In this document: positions 49,192 through 59,103 of the stretch, piece by piece
Layout: each line of letters starts with the position of its first letter
Numbering within the stretch: position 1 is the first letter of the stretch
Source: Prevotella sp.
GTDB taxonomy: Bacteria; Bacteroidota; Bacteroidia; Bacteroidales; Bacteroidaceae
Length of the DNA: 64,000 nt
Assembly: GCA_017556145.1 (NCBI GenBank)
Contig: JAFZCU010000045.1
Location: forward strand, 7,270 to 71,269
Direction: 5' to 3'
Translations under genes and position numbers: made by a program
The notes under the pieces: generated by a model
What the model was told of the DNA's origin: nothing
Seen by the model: the letters and a program-made list of their open reading frames with translations, nothing else
The model's database searches: none

Positions 49192-50760
49192 CTATCTCTT
49201 CTTTCCCGTCATGATGATGAGCGGTATGATCATCTCCTCCATTGAGATACCCCCGTGCTGGAAAGTGTCGCGATAGTAGCTCACGTAGTAGTTGTAATTG
49301 TTGGGATAGGCCAGGAAGGAGTCGCCTGTGGCAAAAACGTAACTCGTAGAGAGGTTGGGTGCCGGCAACTGTGCCTTCTGGGGTTCGCGGATGGTGAAGA
49401 GGTTCTTGTCATCGTAGCTCAGGTTCTTGCCCAACTTATAGCGCAGGTTGGTATTGGTGTTTCTGTCGCCAACGATCTTTATGGGTTGCGTACAGCGGAT
49501 ACTGCCGTGGTCGGTGGTCACAATCACCTTGCAGCCCTCCTGTGCCAGATGGCGGAAGAAATCGGCTATCACCGAGTGGCGGAACCATGAGAGGGTGATC
49601 GACCGGTAGGCACTCTCATTATTAGCCAGTTCGCGGACCATCTTTGATTCCGTGCGGGCGTGACTCAGCATGTCGATGAAGTTGAATACCACCACGTTCA
49701 GGTCGTTCTTCCCGAGATTCGCCATCTGCATCATCAGTTTGTCGGCATCAATAGAGTTGTTCACCTTGTGATACGAAAACGTGTTCTTCTTGCGATAGCG
49801 GTCCAGCTGGGTCTGGATGAGTGGCGCCTCGTTCAGGTTCTTGCCTTCCTCCTCATCTTCGTCAACCCAGAGGTCGGGGAACATCTGGGCGATTTTGTTT
49901 GGCATGAGACCCGAGAAGATGGCGTTGCGGGCATATTGTGTGGCGGTAGGCAGGATGCTGAAATAGAGGTCTTCCTCAATGTCAAACTGCTTGTTGAGCT
50001 CTGGAGCCAACATGCGCCACTGGTCGTAGCGGAAGTTGTCGAGTACCACCAGATACACCTTCTCGCCTTCGTTGAGCAGGGGGAATACCTTGGTCTTGAA
50101 CACCTCGGGTGAGAGTATCGGACGGTCACCGGTGGCGGTGGTGGGGCTAAGCTGGGCCACCCAGTCCAGATAGTTCTTTTTGATGAACTTCGCAAAGCCC
50201 AGGTTCGCCTCCTCTTTCTGCATGCGGAGCATATCCGTCATGTTGCTGTCTGTCGAGCTTAGTTCCAGTTCCCAGTGTACGAGTCTCTTATATACCTCCA
50301 CCCAGTCCTGCCAGGTCCTGCAGTCCATGATCTGCATGGCAATCTGCTGGAACTGCTGCTGGTATTGCGTCTGTGTCACCTCCGTCTCGATTTCCTCACG
50401 GTGGATGTTCTTCTTCAGCGTCAGCAGTATCTGATTTGGATTCACGGGCTTGATCAGGTAGTCGGCAATCTTCTGTCCGATGGCCTGATTCATAATATCC
50501 TCCTCCTCACTCTTGGTCACCATCACTACAGGCAGGGTGGGGTGCATCTCCTTGATGCGCTGCAAAGTCTCCAGGCCGCTGAGGCCAGGCATCTGCTCGT
50601 CGAGCAATACCAGGTCGAAATGCCGTTCACGACAGAGGTCGATGGCGTCGGTGCCGTTGCTCACCGTCACCACGTCATAACCCTTACTTTCCAAGAACAG
50701 CCGTTGCGCCTTCAACTGCTCTATCTCATCGTCTACCCACAATAAATATCCGTTTATCAT
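49192..50760 (-). CDS. porX: PorX-type response regulator (receiver + PglZ/alkaline phosphatase domain)
   Basis: N-terminal receiver (LWVDDE, LDEQMPG); LPTATQYARN, TTDHG, QHGGIS motifs; adjacent to tsaE. Confidence 0.9.
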   Translation of the reverse strand: MINGYLLWVDDEIEQLKAQRLFLESKGYDVVTVSNGTDAIDLCRERHFDLVLLDEQMPGLSGLETLQRIKEMHPTLPVVMVTKSEEEDIMNQAIGQKIADYLIKPVNPNQILLTLKKNIHREEIETEVTQTQYQQQFQQIAMQIMDCRTWQDWVEVYKRLVHWELELSSTDSNMTDMLRMQKEEANLGFAKFIKKNYLDWVAQLSPTTATGDRPILSPEVFKTKVFPLLNEGEKVYLVVLDNFRYDQWRMLAPELNKQFDIEEDLYFSILPTATQYARNAIFSGLMPNKIAQMFPDLWVDEDEEEGKNLNEAPLIQTQLDRYRKKNTFSYHKVNNSIDADKLMMQMANLGKNDLNVVVFNFIDMLSHARTESKMVRELANNESAYRSITLSWFRHSVIADFFRHLAQEGCKVIVTTDHGSIRCTQPIKIVGDRNTNTNLRYKLGKNLSYDDKNLFTIREPQKAQLPAPNLSTSYVFATGDSFLAYPNNYNYYVSYYRDTFQHGGISMEEMIIPLIIMTGKKR

Positions 50761-50774
50761 ATTTATCTCTATTT

Positions 50775-53700
50775 TTACCAGAAGTCTTCGTCGAAATCGA
50801 AGTCCTTGGTCTTTTTCTGTTTCTTCTTATTTGTCTGCTGAGGACTGTCCTCATCCTCGTCATCTTCATCATCTTCATCCTCCGACGAAGCCTTCTTCTC
50901 CAGCGGGATGTCCTCAGGATCTAAGAACTCCACATCTTCCGGACGGATGAGCAGCTTGTCGGTGCTCGTCTTCATCGGCACGAAGATGTCTTCATAGAAC
51001 TTCTCATAGTCGTCGTAGCTGAACTGCACACCCAGCAGCGGCAGGTTCACCTCGCTGATGATGAGGCTGTGACAGGGGGTGAGCTTCTCGGCCATCGCCT
51101 CGTTGGCATACAGCTGACGGGCATATTGCAGGGCCTCGTCATAGCTCTGGAATCCCCTGATGAGCATTCGCTGCAGACCATTGTCCTCGTCGGTGGTAAT
51201 CTCGAAGTTACGCACCAGGAAGTTCGTGAAGTTATAGCGTGCTATCTCGAAGAGCAGTTGGTTCTGGTCTACGCTGTCAGGCTCATAGGTGAGGATGAAG
51301 ATGAAACGCTGGTTGGGGTCGGCACTGAGGGTATCCGCTTTTGTGGAGTCGGCGGTGAGGGTGATGTCACGGCGCGACCAAACATCACCGATGTCGAACT
51401 TTCCACCATGCAGCCTGCGACCCTCCTGTACTCCCTTCACAATCATACCTGCCAACTCGGCCACCTCGCTTTGGGGATGCTTCTCAACCACCTCCTTCAA
51501 CTGCTCCAGACAGCCGTTGGCATCACCGTTGTTCAATCGGCTCAGACCGTCGATGAAGATGAACTTCGAACGGTGTTCACCCATCGGGAAGCGGTCGGCA
51601 GAGATGCGGGCATTGCCTGCCACTTCTTCAAACTTGTCATTCTTGAAGGCGGCATAGGTCGCTGCATAGAGCGAGTCCTCGATATGGGTGCCGAAGCGGG
51701 CATTGTCGGCAAAATAGGGGTCGGAGAGCAGGGTGGTCCACTCGCTCTCAGGGTGTTCGGCCTTCAGGTGACTCAGACAGGCTTCGGCCGTGTCATGCCG
51801 GCCTAAACGCGAGTAGAGCAGGAAGAGGTGATACCACGCATCGTCAAGTTGCTCGTAGTCGGGATAGTCCTTCGTCAGGCGCAGCAGTTGCTTCTCGCTG
51901 AGTTTCAGGTTGTCGAGCCTGTCTTTGAAGATGATGCCCGATTGCAGCAGGGCATCCTTGATGATATTGTGGCTTGCGGCTTTCTGTTCGTCGGTGAAAG
52001 GAATCTGTGCCAGGTAATACTCGCGGTTATGGGGATCGTTGGCGAGGGTGTCTGTAGGCGCTTCGGCCTGTATGCTGTCGCCGGCGAGGGCACCCTCTGC
52101 AGCAAGGGAGTCTGCGAACTCCGGGTTCTCAGAATTTCCTGTATTATCCGGATTCTCCGAATCTTCTGATTCCTCAGAGTTTTCCGAATTTTCTGAGTTC
52201 TCTGAGTTTTCCGAGTTCTCCGAGCTTTCTGTTGATTCGGTATTCGCCCAACTCACCACCGTCTGATTCAGTCGCTGCCAGTTATCGGCATTCTCTCGCC
52301 GTCCCCATTGGCGCTGGAAGGCGGTCTTTCCTTGGTTTACAGCGGTGGGATTATAGAAATACCATTGCCCTCCGGTCTGTCCAAGGGGGGTAGGAGGCAT
52401 ATTCGCCTGGTCGCCCCCCGGCTGTCCCATGGCCTGGTTCTGTTGCAACTGACGACGCTCTACCTCGGCTATCTCCGCTGCCTCACGGGCCTCCTTTTCC
52501 TTGCGCTCCAGTTCCTTGATCACACGGTCGATGGCCTCCAGACGTTCGGCTTCTGGCAAATCGGCCAGTACCAGCAGCGAATCCTGCAGGTGGATGGCGT
52601 CGGTATGGGGCACGAGGGCGTCGAGCACCTTCGAGCGCTCCGACAGTTCCTCATAGTCCTTGCGGTCTTTATCCAACAGTCCGATGGCCTCGCCATAGCA
52701 GCGCTGGGCATCATTGTATTTTTCCAACTGCCAGTACAGGTTGCCCAAGGTCAGCAGCAGCACACCCTTCTCGATACCGCTGCGGGTAGCCTTCTCATTG
52801 CCTTTCTCATAGGCCTCGATGGCTTTCAGCGTGTCCTTCTGCATCATGTGGATATTGCCCATGGCGTAATACACCTGGTCGAGATAGTCCTTGTTGTTGT
52901 CGTTCGAGGCCATGCGCTTCAGCCTGCTGATCATCGCCTTGGCATTGCCCTTGGCCATCACCTCCGTCTGGGCGATGCGGGCATTGAATTCGAGTTCGTA
53001 TGAGGGGTGACAGCCGATGGCCTTTCCGAAGGCGCGTTCTGCCTCGGCACGGTTGCCCAGCTCTTGTTGTATCTGTCCCATCAAGAACCACTCGCGGGCC
53101 TTCTGCTGGTGCCGGCGCTCATGCTTGATCACCTTGCGCAGGTAGGGCACAGCCTTCTCGTAGTCCTTCGAGCGGATATAGTAGTCGGCATAGGTGTAGT
53201 CCCAGTCTTTCACGGCACGGAAGTGCATCGAGTCGCGGCTCATATTGCGGATCACGTCTTCGGCATCGTAGAGCCAGTCGAGTTCAACATAGCATTTTGC
53301 GAGCCAGGCTCTGGCCATACCGCTCTGCATGGGCTGTGTCTGGTAGAGGCGCGTCATATAACTGAAGGTGGCGGCAGCCTCGTCGAACTCGCCTTTCTGG
53401 AACTGCGACTTTCCCAGCAGCATCCACGCTTTCCACAGGAAGGGGTTGTATTCCTTGCGCCCCAGCCACTCCTTGTCCTTTTCGGTCTTCTTCCTGCCGC
53501 CTTTCCACTCCGGCTTGGCCTTGATGCTGTGGCGGCGGATATCCTTCTCGGCCTTCTCGATGGCACGATCGTATTGACCACTGCCCAAAGAGCGGCTCTG
53601 TTTGTTGCCCACCATGTAGAGGGGAATCTGTTCGGTGAAGTTGTCACGGTTGCCCTTCTCCTTCTCCAGGTTACCGTCGATGAAGGCCACCTTGCCATTA

Positions 53701-53831
53701 TAATAGATGTTGTAGCGGGCGTTGAGCGAGTGCCACCAGCGGGTGCCTGCCGTGTTTTTCTGCGTAGAACAGCCTCCCATCGTCAACATGACGACGGCGG
53801 CGACTGTCAAGATATAGGCAAATTTGCGCAT
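50775..53831 (-). CDS. sprE: TPR lipoprotein, SprE/PorW-like (T9SS associated)
   Basis: Lipobox MGGC followed by STQKNT...ARYNIYYNG; many TPRs; WYFYN...G...F...WG.R...DNW motif. Confidence 0.78.
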   Translation of the reverse strand: MRKFAYILTVAAVVMLTMGGCSTQKNTAGTRWWHSLNARYNIYYNGKVAFIDGNLEKEKGNRDNFTEQIPLYMVGNKQSRSLGSGQYDRAIEKAEKDIRRHSIKAKPEWKGGRKKTEKDKEWLGRKEYNPFLWKAWMLLGKSQFQKGEFDEAAATFSYMTRLYQTQPMQSGMARAWLAKCYVELDWLYDAEDVIRNMSRDSMHFRAVKDWDYTYADYYIRSKDYEKAVPYLRKVIKHERRHQQKAREWFLMGQIQQELGNRAEAERAFGKAIGCHPSYELEFNARIAQTEVMAKGNAKAMISRLKRMASNDNNKDYLDQVYYAMGNIHMMQKDTLKAIEAYEKGNEKATRSGIEKGVLLLTLGNLYWQLEKYNDAQRCYGEAIGLLDKDRKDYEELSERSKVLDALVPHTDAIHLQDSLLVLADLPEAERLEAIDRVIKELERKEKEAREAAEIAEVERRQLQQNQAMGQPGGDQANMPPTPLGQTGGQWYFYNPTAVNQGKTAFQRQWGRRENADNWQRLNQTVVSWANTESTESSENSENSENSENSENSEESEDSENPDNTGNSENPEFADSLAAEGALAGDSIQAEAPTDTLANDPHNREYYLAQIPFTDEQKAASHNIIKDALLQSGIIFKDRLDNLKLSEKQLLRLTKDYPDYEQLDDAWYHLFLLYSRLGRHDTAEACLSHLKAEHPESEWTTLLSDPYFADNARFGTHIEDSLYAATYAAFKNDKFEEVAGNARISADRFPMGEHRSKFIFIDGLSRLNNGDANGCLEQLKEVVEKHPQSEVAELAGMIVKGVQEGRRLHGGKFDIGDVWSRRDITLTADSTKADTLSADPNQRFIFILTYEPDSVDQNQLLFEIARYNFTNFLVRNFEITTDEDNGLQRMLIRGFQSYDEALQYARQLYANEAMAEKLTPCHSLIISEVNLPLLGVQFSYDDYEKFYEDIFVPMKTSTDKLLIRPEDVEFLDPEDIPLEKKASSEDEDDEDDEDEDSPQQTNKKKQKKTKDFDFDEDFW

Positions 53832-53838
53832 CCTTTTA

Positions 53839-54060
53839 TTAAACCTCTAAAGAGGTTGTTTTATTGTGTGATGCAGCGTCTTTTTGTCGTTTTTCCTCTA
53901 AAAGGCAGTGAATTTTGCAGTCTCCCTCCTTGGCAACGCTGCAAGAACTGCAGTCATGGCCTGTCTCGATGGTGTCGCTACCCTTGTCGAAATAGTTGGC
54001 AATCCAGGCGAAAATACCCAGACCGACAATCATCCCGATACACACCAACGCAAATGTCAT
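53839..54060 (-). CDS. Small membrane protein with Cys-rich tail
   Basis: N-terminal TM and CSSC...C...C; fits between aroA and sprE in the same orientation. Confidence 0.6.
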   Translation of the reverse strand: MTFALVCIGMIVGLGIFAWIANYFDKGSDTIETGHDCSSCSVAKEGDCKIHCLLEEKRQKDAASHNKTTSLEV

Positions 54061-54079
54061 AGCGGTAGCAAATTATTCA

Positions 54080-55339
54080 CTATTCACTTTTCACTATTAC
54101 CTCAAATCCCGCCTCTTGCAGGCTCTTCCAGAAATGGGGGTAGGATTTGGTCACCACCTGCGGGTTGTTGATAATCAGACTGCCCGACTTCATGGCGAAG
54201 GGTGCGAACGAGAGGGCCATGCGGTGGTCGTTGTAGGTGTCGATGCCTTCTTCCATCGAGGGCTCGCAGCGCTCTCCGTCCCAGAAGAGTTCGCTGTCGT
54301 TGCGGTCGTGGAGCACATAGCCCAGCTTCCGCATCTCACGCTTCATGGCCTCGATGCGGTCGGTCTCCTTGATCTTCAGCGTGGCCAGGCCCTTGAAGTT
54401 AAAGGGGATGCCGAGGGCGGCACAGGTCACGATCACCGTCTGTGCCAGGTCGGGTGAGTTCACGAAGTCGTATTCCAGCTTGGGCACGCAACGGCCGTTA
54501 CACTTCAGCGTCACGTTCTGCGGCTTGCCCGAGGTCTTCGACTGGAAGACGGTCTTCACGCCCAGCAGACTGAAGATATACCTTACCACGGAGTCACCCT
54601 GCTTCGAGCCGTCCGTCAGTCCGTTGAGTATCACCTGTGCCTCGCGGTCGCTGCTCAGGGCCAATATCTCATACCAGTAGCTGGCGCCGCTCCAATCGTT
54701 CTCAATCACGTAGTCGCCGTTCACGTAGGGCTTGGGCTTCACGGTGATGGTGTCGTTGGCGGTCCATTCGGCATTGGCGCCAAATTCGCGCATCATCCAT
54801 AATGTCAGGTCGATGTAAGGCCGTGAGATGATGTCGCCCGTCAGTTTCACTTCAAGGCCTTTCTTCAGCACGGGACCTATCATGAGCAGGGCTGAGATAT
54901 ACTGCGAACTCACGCTGCCCTCAATCTCCAGCTCGCCGCCCTCGATGGTCTGGCCGGTGATGCGGAGTGGGGGATAGCCCTCTGTACCCTCGTAGGTGAT
55001 GTCGGCGCCTAATTTGCGCAGGGCATCTACCAGGATGCCGATCGGGCGCTCTTTCATGCGGGCCGTGCCCGTGAGCACGTGCGTACCTTGCATCACACTC
55101 AGATAGGCCGTCATAAAGCGCATGGCCGTGCCAGCCGCCTTGATGTTGATCTCCTCAGGCATATCGCGCAGGGCATCGAGTATCACCTGTGTGTCGTCGC
55201 AGTCGGAGAGGTTCTGGGGCATCTGCTGCCCGCCGCTGAGCGCATAGATGATCAGGGCACGGTTTGAGATGCTCTTCGAGGCTGGCAGGCTCACCACAGC
55301 TTTCTGCAGTTGAGGAGCCTTGATAAGATATTGTGTCAT
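54080..55339 (-). CDS. aroA: 3-phosphoshikimate 1-carboxyvinyltransferase
   Basis: PASKSISNRAL, AGTAMRF, SSQYISALL, KETDRI, DHRMA, KSYP.FW motifs. Start moved to ATG 55339. Confidence 0.96.
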   Translation of the reverse strand: MTQYLIKAPQLQKAVVSLPASKSISNRALIIYALSGGQQMPQNLSDCDDTQVILDALRDMPEEINIKAAGTAMRFMTAYLSVMQGTHVLTGTARMKERPIGILVDALRKLGADITYEGTEGYPPLRITGQTIEGGELEIEGSVSSQYISALLMIGPVLKKGLEVKLTGDIISRPYIDLTLWMMREFGANAEWTANDTITVKPKPYVNGDYVIENDWSGASYWYEILALSSDREAQVILNGLTDGSKQGDSVVRYIFSLLGVKTVFQSKTSGKPQNVTLKCNGRCVPKLEYDFVNSPDLAQTVIVTCAALGIPFNFKGLATLKIKETDRIEAMKREMRKLGYVLHDRNDSELFWDGERCEPSMEEGIDTYNDHRMALSFAPFAMKSGSLIINNPQVVTKSYPHFWKSLQEAGFEVIVKSE

Positions 55340-55526
55340 TTTTTTGATGTAGTCTTGATTTCGGGGTGCAAAGGTATACATTTTTATCGGTATAAGCAAA
55401 TCTGACATTAAAAAAACACTTAAAAATCGAAAAAAGTGGCCGGAAAATTTGGTCAAACGGAAAATTGTGTGTACTTTTGCACCCGCATTTCCGACTTAGG
55501 TCAGATGCTAAGCTTATTTTGTGGAT

Positions 55527-55602
55527 CGGGATTTAGCGCAGTTGGTAGCGCACACGTCTGGGGGGCGCGAGGTCGCTGGTTCGAGTCCAGTAATCCCGAC
55601 CA
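55527..55602 (+). tRNA. tRNA-Pro (GGG) with encoded CCA
   Basis: CGGGATT-TA-GCGCAGTTGGTAGCGC-A-CACGT CT GGG GG GCGCG-AGGTC-GCTGGTTCGAGTCCAGT-AATCCCG-A-CCA. Confidence 0.94.
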
Positions 55603-55607
55603 AGGTC

Positions 55608-55644
55608 AAAAGCCTGAGAATCAGTAGATTTTCGGGCTTTTTTC
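55608..55644 (+). terminator. Terminator after tRNA-Pro
   Basis: aaaagcctgagaatc-agta-gattttcgggctttttt. Confidence 0.75.
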
Positions 55645-55658
55645 TTTTATTTTGACGC

Positions 55659-55751
55659 TGCAAACATTAGAGCGATTTCTGAGACTTCCAAACTTTTTTG
55701 CCCAGAAAATTGGAAATATCCGTTTTTATTCCTAAATTTGCAGCCGAAACA
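55659..55751. promoter_or_regulatory. Bidirectional promoter cassette (copy 2)
   Basis: Plus-strand TAAATTTG box; homologous to 19518-19610. Confidence 0.7.
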
Positions 55752-55843
55752 AAAGATTAATATGATGACAAGGACATTAAACATATCGCTCAATGTTCCT
55801 GAATTCTATGGTATTGAGGAATTGACTCGCCAATTGACAAAAT

Positions 55844-57496
55844 ATGACAGTTATGAAGCAAATAGTATTGAATGAATGGAGAAGGTGCTGCCTCTTGGCG
55901 GCTTTGGTTATAATGGCGGCATGCCATGTGAAGGCGCAGAAAAACGGTCTGCCCCTCATCACCATCAAGGCGGAAACCGAATTGAACGCTACGAAGAAGG
56001 TGACCGCCCACATGCAGATGGAGGGCTACGACGGGGCTATCGGCATCAAGCTGCGTGGCAACAGCTCGCTCAGTTTCAATCAGAAGAAATACACTTTTGA
56101 GACACGCGACGCAGACGGCAAGGAGCAGGACGTGTCGCTGCTGGGGATGCCGGCTCACTGCGACTGGGTGCTGCTGGCGCCTTACAACGACGTGTCGATG
56201 GTGCGCGATCCGCTGGCCTTCCAGCTCTGGCGCGAGATGGGGCACTGGGGTCCGCGTACCAGGATGGTGGAACTGGTGCTGAATGGTAACTACCGCGGCA
56301 TCTACATCCTCTGCGAAGCCATCAAGCGGGGCGCAGAGCGCGTTGACGTCAACAAGCTCAAGAAGTCGGACGTGAATGGTCGCGACGTTACGGGCGGCTA
56401 TATCCTCCGCATCGATACCTCCAACGATGATGATGCCACCTTCCCGTCGAAGGTTCCTGGCGTTGGCCAGGGCATCATGACCAGCCAGATCACCTGGTCG
56501 TGTATCTATCCCAAGAAAAAGAATCTCCAGCCGGAGCAGATGACCTATATTCAGAACTATGTCGACACGATGGAGGCTGTGATTCAGAGCGACGACTTTG
56601 CCGATCCGCAGAAGGGCTATGCACGCTACATCGATGTGCCCTCGTTCGTGGACTATTTCATCCATAGCGAGCTGAGCCTGAATGCCGACGGCTATAAGCG
56701 GAGTGCCTATTTCTACAAGGAGAAGCAGCAGGAAGACGGCACGGGCGGGAAGATGCATGCCGGCCCCGTGTGGGACTATAACCTCGCCTACGGCAACAAC
56801 AGCTTCTGTAATGCCAATCAGTTTGAAGACTGGTGCTACGAAGGCTGCAACACGCAGCCAACGCCTGCTTTCTGGCAGCGCCTGTTACAGGATCCTGCCT
56901 TTAGGAAAGCCGTGAAGACGCGCTATCAGGCGCTCCGCAAGACTGTGCTCAGCACCAAGCATCTCTATGAGATTATCGACAACCAGGCTAAGCTGTTGCA
57001 AAAGGCCAAGGATTATCATTTCGCGACTTATCCCGAACTGTTGGTCGACCAGAATAAGCAAGAGGCAGACAGACCGCAGCAGATGAACGGGCGGCAACCT
57101 GCAATGGGTGGCTTCGGCGGTGGCGGCTTCGGGATGTTCGCAGGTCGCAACTTCAATTTCGACCCGCTCGCCATGTTTACCGCCTATCGCGTGAGCAGCT
57201 ACGAGGAGGAGATTACCATTCTGAAGCAGTGGTTTGCCGACCGTCTGGCTTTCCTCGACAAGAACATCGACCGTTTCGACATCGATTGGGAGCCTCGCAT
57301 TCAGGAACTCCGAGACATCCAGATGCAGTTTGGCAACGGCTTCCCCTTTGGCGGAGGCGGACCTAACCCATTCGGAGGTGGCGGTCCTGGTCCCTTTGGT
57401 GGCGGCAGACCAGCCCCGTTCCCCAGTGGTGGAGGCGGTGGCGCACCCTTCCCTGGCGGTGGTGTTCCCTTCCCGTTTGGCGGGGGCGGGTTCTAA
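55844..57496 (+). CDS. CotH-kinase-family secreted protein with Gly/Pro/Phe-rich tail
   Basis: IKLRGNSS, KKY..E, WVLLA.Y.D....R, Y.G.Y...E, N.DGY..S, GPVWDYNLAYGN motifs. Confidence 0.85.
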   Translation: MTVMKQIVLNEWRRCCLLAALVIMAACHVKAQKNGLPLITIKAETELNATKKVTAHMQMEGYDGAIGIKLRGNSSLSFNQKKYTFETRDADGKEQDVSLLGMPAHCDWVLLAPYNDVSMVRDPLAFQLWREMGHWGPRTRMVELVLNGNYRGIYILCEAIKRGAERVDVNKLKKSDVNGRDVTGGYILRIDTSNDDDATFPSKVPGVGQGIMTSQITWSCIYPKKKNLQPEQMTYIQNYVDTMEAVIQSDDFADPQKGYARYIDVPSFVDYFIHSELSLNADGYKRSAYFYKEKQQEDGTGGKMHAGPVWDYNLAYGNNSFCNANQFEDWCYEGCNTQPTPAFWQRLLQDPAFRKAVKTRYQALRKTVLSTKHLYEIIDNQAKLLQKAKDYHFATYPELLVDQNKQEADRPQQMNGRQPAMGGFGGGGFGMFAGRNFNFDPLAMFTAYRVSSYEEEITILKQWFADRLAFLDKNIDRFDIDWEPRIQELRDIQMQFGNGFPFGGGGPNPFGGGGPGPFGGGRPAPFPSGGGGGAPFPGGGVPFPFGGGGF

Positions 57497-57498
57497 CG

Positions 57499-59082
57499 CT
57501 ATTTCTTGTGTTTTTGATTGAATTCGTCGAGCTGCTTGAAGCAGTGGCGGTTGATGATCTCCTCTAAGCGGCGGTCGTAGTTGTGGTGGAGGCAGGGTTT
57601 GTCGCCACCGAATTCCAGCAGTTCACCATTTTCCTGTGTATAGGGATGCCAGTCGGGCAGTCCGGCGCAATTGGGATTGCCGTCGTGTGCGAATTTGGCC
57701 CAAACGTTGCTCAGGGTTTCAGCCCAGCGCTTGTTGCTGTTGATGCAAGTCTCAGAGAGCTGGTTCGTATAGTGGTGGAGCACGTCGAAGCAGTACTTCA
57801 GTTCGGAACCGTGAGCAGAGCCCTTATAGCCGCGATTGTCTGATTCTCCGACGGTGTACATATAGACATAGGTGTCGGCCTTGCGCTTGCCACCAATGGC
57901 ATCAGAGGTGATGATGGTCTTGGGACGGAAGAGCCAGTCGATGCACAGCAGGTCCTGTGGCAGACGGTCGAGGGTATGAGAGGGATAGGATTCCATGAAG
58001 GAACTGATGTAGGCATCGGTCTCGTCGCCGAAGGTGCGCTGCAGTTCGTTACGGGCCTGTTTAAATGAAATTTTCTGACCATAGCGTGAACGCTGCAGCT
58101 CGTTGAAGGTGGTGCCGATCATGAGGGGGATTTCGTCGCTGATGCTGGCGAAGGCGGGTTGGAAGGGCTGTTGCAACAATACCTCACCATCGGGGGTAGG
58201 ACCGAAACCCCACATCATTGGGGTGCCAGGCCGGCGGGTGCCGATGCTGGCTGCCATCGCGCGCTGACCAGCGGCGTAGAGGTCTTTATAGGATACATTC
58301 TTGATCTTGTCGACGTTCTTTTTGTCGATGCCCAGTTCCTTGAGTACGGCCTCGCCCAGTTCCTCGGTCATGGCCTTGGTGTTGACATTGAGGATGGTGC
58401 CGCTCATGATGATGGCCTTGTGGAAGAGGCCCTTGGCCTTGGGCATGCACATCAGCGTGCCTACCTTACCGCCACCGCCTGATTCGCCAAAAATCGTGAC
58501 ATTATTGGGGTCTCCGCCGAACTTGGCGATATTGTCGCGCACCCATTCGAGGGCCTGTACGGCATCGAGCATCCCCACATTGCTTGAGTACTTGTATTTC
58601 TTGCCACAGGTGGAGAGGTCGAGGAAACCGAGGATGTTCAGACGGTGGTTGATGCTCACCACGACGACATCCTTCTTGGCCAAACACATGCCTGGATCCC
58701 ATTCAGAGGTGCCGCTGTCGAAGCCGCCGCCATGGAGCCAGAACATCACAGGCTTGCGGGCGTTGAGGTCGGTGGTCCACACGTTGAGCACGCAGCAGTT
58801 CTCCGACATCTGCTCTTCGGTCATTGGGCGGTTCTGCTGCTGCATGGTCATCGGACCCCATTTGTCGCACTTGCGCACGCCCTTCCATTTCTTCACGGGC
58901 TGTGGGGGCATGAAACGCTCCACCTTGGCATAGGGAATGCCCAGCCAGGCCATGGTGCCCTCCTGCATGATGCCGCTCACGAGGCCGGAGGTGGTGTTGA
59001 TGACGGCTTTGTTTTCTTCCTGCGCCGATGCCGTTGTCAAGGTCATCAGCAGGGTGATGAGAATCAGACTTAGTTTCTTCAT
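57499..59082 (-). CDS. Carboxylesterase type B
   Basis: Signal peptide; LGIPYA, SENC..LNVWT, WLHGGGF, FGGDPNNVTIFGESGGG, H.SEL motifs. Confidence 0.92.
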   Translation of the reverse strand: MKKLSLILITLLMTLTTASAQEENKAVINTTSGLVSGIMQEGTMAWLGIPYAKVERFMPPQPVKKWKGVRKCDKWGPMTMQQQNRPMTEEQMSENCCVLNVWTTDLNARKPVMFWLHGGGFDSGTSEWDPGMCLAKKDVVVVSINHRLNILGFLDLSTCGKKYKYSSNVGMLDAVQALEWVRDNIAKFGGDPNNVTIFGESGGGGKVGTLMCMPKAKGLFHKAIIMSGTILNVNTKAMTEELGEAVLKELGIDKKNVDKIKNVSYKDLYAAGQRAMAASIGTRRPGTPMMWGFGPTPDGEVLLQQPFQPAFASISDEIPLMIGTTFNELQRSRYGQKISFKQARNELQRTFGDETDAYISSFMESYPSHTLDRLPQDLLCIDWLFRPKTIITSDAIGGKRKADTYVYMYTVGESDNRGYKGSAHGSELKYCFDVLHHYTNQLSETCINSNKRWAETLSNVWAKFAHDGNPNCAGLPDWHPYTQENGELLEFGGDKPCLHHNYDRRLEEIINRHCFKQLDEFNQKHKK

Positions 59083-59103
59083 TGATGTTGGGTTTTAGGG
59101 GGA

